This document shows, one piece after another, positions 61,664-64,000 of a DNA stretch of 64,000 bases (position 1 is the first letter of the stretch; each line of letters begins with the position of its first letter). The notes below the pieces were generated by a model, which saw only the letters and a list, made by a program, of their open reading frames with translations, did no database searches and was not told where the DNA came from. The DNA comes from Lama guanicoe (lineage: Eukaryota), in contig MU053379.1 in the NCBI GenBank assembly GCA_013239625.1, positions 256,490 to 320,489 on the forward strand. The letters are read 5' to 3'. The position numbers and the translations under genes were made by a program.

Positions 61664-64000
61664 CTTGACTCTCCTTCTATAGTCTCCACAAATACAGACT
61701 GGAACTTGTAGTATTGACTACAAAGTAATAATATTGGAATTGCTTTATATTTAAGTAGTGATGATCAATGATGATCAATTTACAAAAATCCTTTACATAT
61801 GCAACTTTATATAATTCTTTCAACTACATTCTGAGATGTTACTATCTCTGCTTTGCCAATGAGTTTGGAGGTTGGTTGTAAGTTGAGGAAACATATTTGG
61901 GAGTCATTAGAACCCACTCAGATTTGGAGAGTAATAGACTGTGTAACTTTCTGGAACTGCGCAAAGAAGTGATGGTTCACTATCCTAGGAGCTATTTAAA
62001 GGAACGGAGTGTTGTTTCCTTTAGCTTATTTGTCGTGAGAACACGTCTTATCTGAAGCAAAGTAATTTTTGGAAATGTACTTATTTTTAAAAAGGATGGA
62101 TGAGCTGACCTCATGTATTCAAATGTCCAGGATGCAAGGTCCTAGCTATGGGGTCCTAAGGATATTTTTAGTTCACAGTCTACATGTGCACACAGTGGCA
62201 AGCAAAGTGTTCCTTTCTGTTCTCACACTATTGGAGTAGGTGTGTCGTGTTTGCTGTAAAAGGCCATGTTTGCTGTGCACATGGAAAACTTAATGAAGCA
62301 TTCTGCATGCAGGAGATGTGAAGTTGTCATTAATCATTGCTGCTAACTCCCGGATTTGAAAGCAGATGGAGCAGCCCACGGTTTCTCAAACAGCACAGGC
62401 TGAGGTTGTGATGGATCCTCCTTGTTTTCCTTTAGACATCTTTTTCTTTCCTTTTTCTGGTGTTGCCCTTTGTCCTTCTACTCAAAGGCTGATTGTCTCT
62501 GAAACATTTAAGGAATATGTGTGAACACCTGTGTATGCAGAAATATGTCTGTGGAAAACTAGCTTTGCTCCATAAATCCACTTTTCTCAAGAGAAAGATA
62601 GTACATCAGGTTGGAAACACACTCTTGAAGAACATTCGCAGAAGGAAAAAAAAGAAACTCTCTAAGAAGAACCCAAATATTTCAGTCATCTGAACAGCTC
62701 AATTCTGGGTCCCTAAAATTCCTCTGTCTCAGTCAGACCTTTCCTCTCCTTCCCCTCTCACTTTCTTTTATCATAAAAGCACCTGGGGAAAGGTGTGCTT
62801 CACATCAGGCCAGTCGGGCACAGCACTCCCATTTCCCTGGCAACGGGAAGACCAGCTATGTCGTCTGTTTCATTCTTAAGGTTCTCCAGCAGAGGCTTGT
62901 GAAGAGCATTGAGACTGTGGGCTTTGTGAGTGCACCTCTCACTCTCTGTCCCATCTTCTCCTTTCCCAGCATCACTGCTCCTTAGGCATATAGAAAACGC
63001 TGGAGATTGTGTTAGATCTTCAAGAGCCACTTGGCTGACAACTCATTCCAATTGTTCTCAGACAAAAATGTAATTTCCAAGTGGGATGACTGTAAGCCTC
63101 GATTCATTTCAGTACATGTGTACCTGTTTGTTGGAGAGTTGGCAGAAAATTAGAAATTCAGACCCAATATTTTCATACATGAAGGGGACACAGGATCTGG
63201 ACTCAGCTGGCCAGGGCCCAGGTCTGTGGTGCTTGGTAAAGCAGAGTGGACCCAGCCTAGGGATCATGCTACGCAGGCTCCGAAACACCCTGGGAAGTGA
63301 AAGAGCTACCACTGTCAGTCCCACGAGTATAGTTCTGACAAGAGAGACCCTAAGACATGAAAGAGCCTTTTATCACTTTGAAAACCTCTATTACTACTGA
63401 GAAGCAGAAATTTTGAACCCTTTAATGACTTTATGAAGTACTAAGCTAACTGAACAGACACCTTTTTAGTGTCTAAAATAAGTCACCTGACTTTTAAACC
63501 TCCCTAAAGAGTCTGATTAGACATGAGATTATATATAATATTAATAAAAATAAGGACAATTAAATGGTCTTTCATTTTACAAAGATGATGGTGCTCATTT
63601 GTAATTCCCACACAGGGTACAACCCGTGAGTAAAATTTTCTAGGGAACCAGACCCAAAATGAGGGCTTCTAAAAATAGGATAGCACCTAATCAATGATTC
63701 AGGAAAATTTATATAATACAGGATTGTGCTTCCAATGGAAGCTACATGATCTTTGCCCAGTGTCTCAAGAATTAATCAAGAACCCACTACAGATGACTGA
63801 CCAACAGGCAAAGGGGACTTGAGACATTGAGACATTGAGTCCTCTGGAAATACCTGTGCATTTCTATATAGAGATAGGGCACCTCGCCAGGTCACAGTCA
63901 GAAGAGCATGTTGTTGAGTTGTTTCCCAGCAGTGGAGATCAGTTTTCACCAAGCCACTCAAATGTTCAACCCCCATCTCAATTGTGACCAGCCACACATA

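Noticed and set aside
1..64000. The many 60-160 aa ORFs in the six-frame track as genes
   Set aside because: Short, often starting at TTG/GTG, many inside repeats or antisense to L1; apart from L1 ORF2 fragments none resembles a protein I know. Expected by chance in mammalian DNA.
1..64000. CRISPR array, operon, defence or phage system
   Set aside because: The sequence is eukaryotic; no regularly spaced direct repeats with spacers and no gene-dense architecture.

Overview
This window is not prokaryotic. It is CpG-poor, repeat-rich eutherian mammal DNA. The young LINE-1 3' ends resemble camelid (alpaca/camel, L1_Vpa-type) elements, and I see no Alu, B1/B2, Bov-A/BovB, PRE-1 or CAN-SINE copies, so a camelid source is likely. 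I recognise no protein-coding gene, RNA gene, CpG island or CRISPR array. The only recognisable peptides in the ORF track are broken LINE-1 ORF2 fragments (endonuclease; C-terminal Cys-rich region). The rest is LINE-1 of several ages, MIR and L2, hAT DNA-transposon relics, solo LTRs, microsatellites and repeat-free stretches that may be conserved non-coding DNA. All long L1s lie on the minus strand, which suggests an intron of a plus-strand gene; two weak plus-strand exon candidates are noted. The best-supported curiosities are retrotransposition footprints (a tiny twin-primed L1, nested insertions with TSDs, internally deleted L1s) and an apparent AT-to-GC substitution cluster at about 26-29.5 kb. 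I found no evidence of a new biological system. Repeat family names come from remembered consensus sequences and need RepeatMasker/Dfam confirmation; boundaries of old repeats are approximate.
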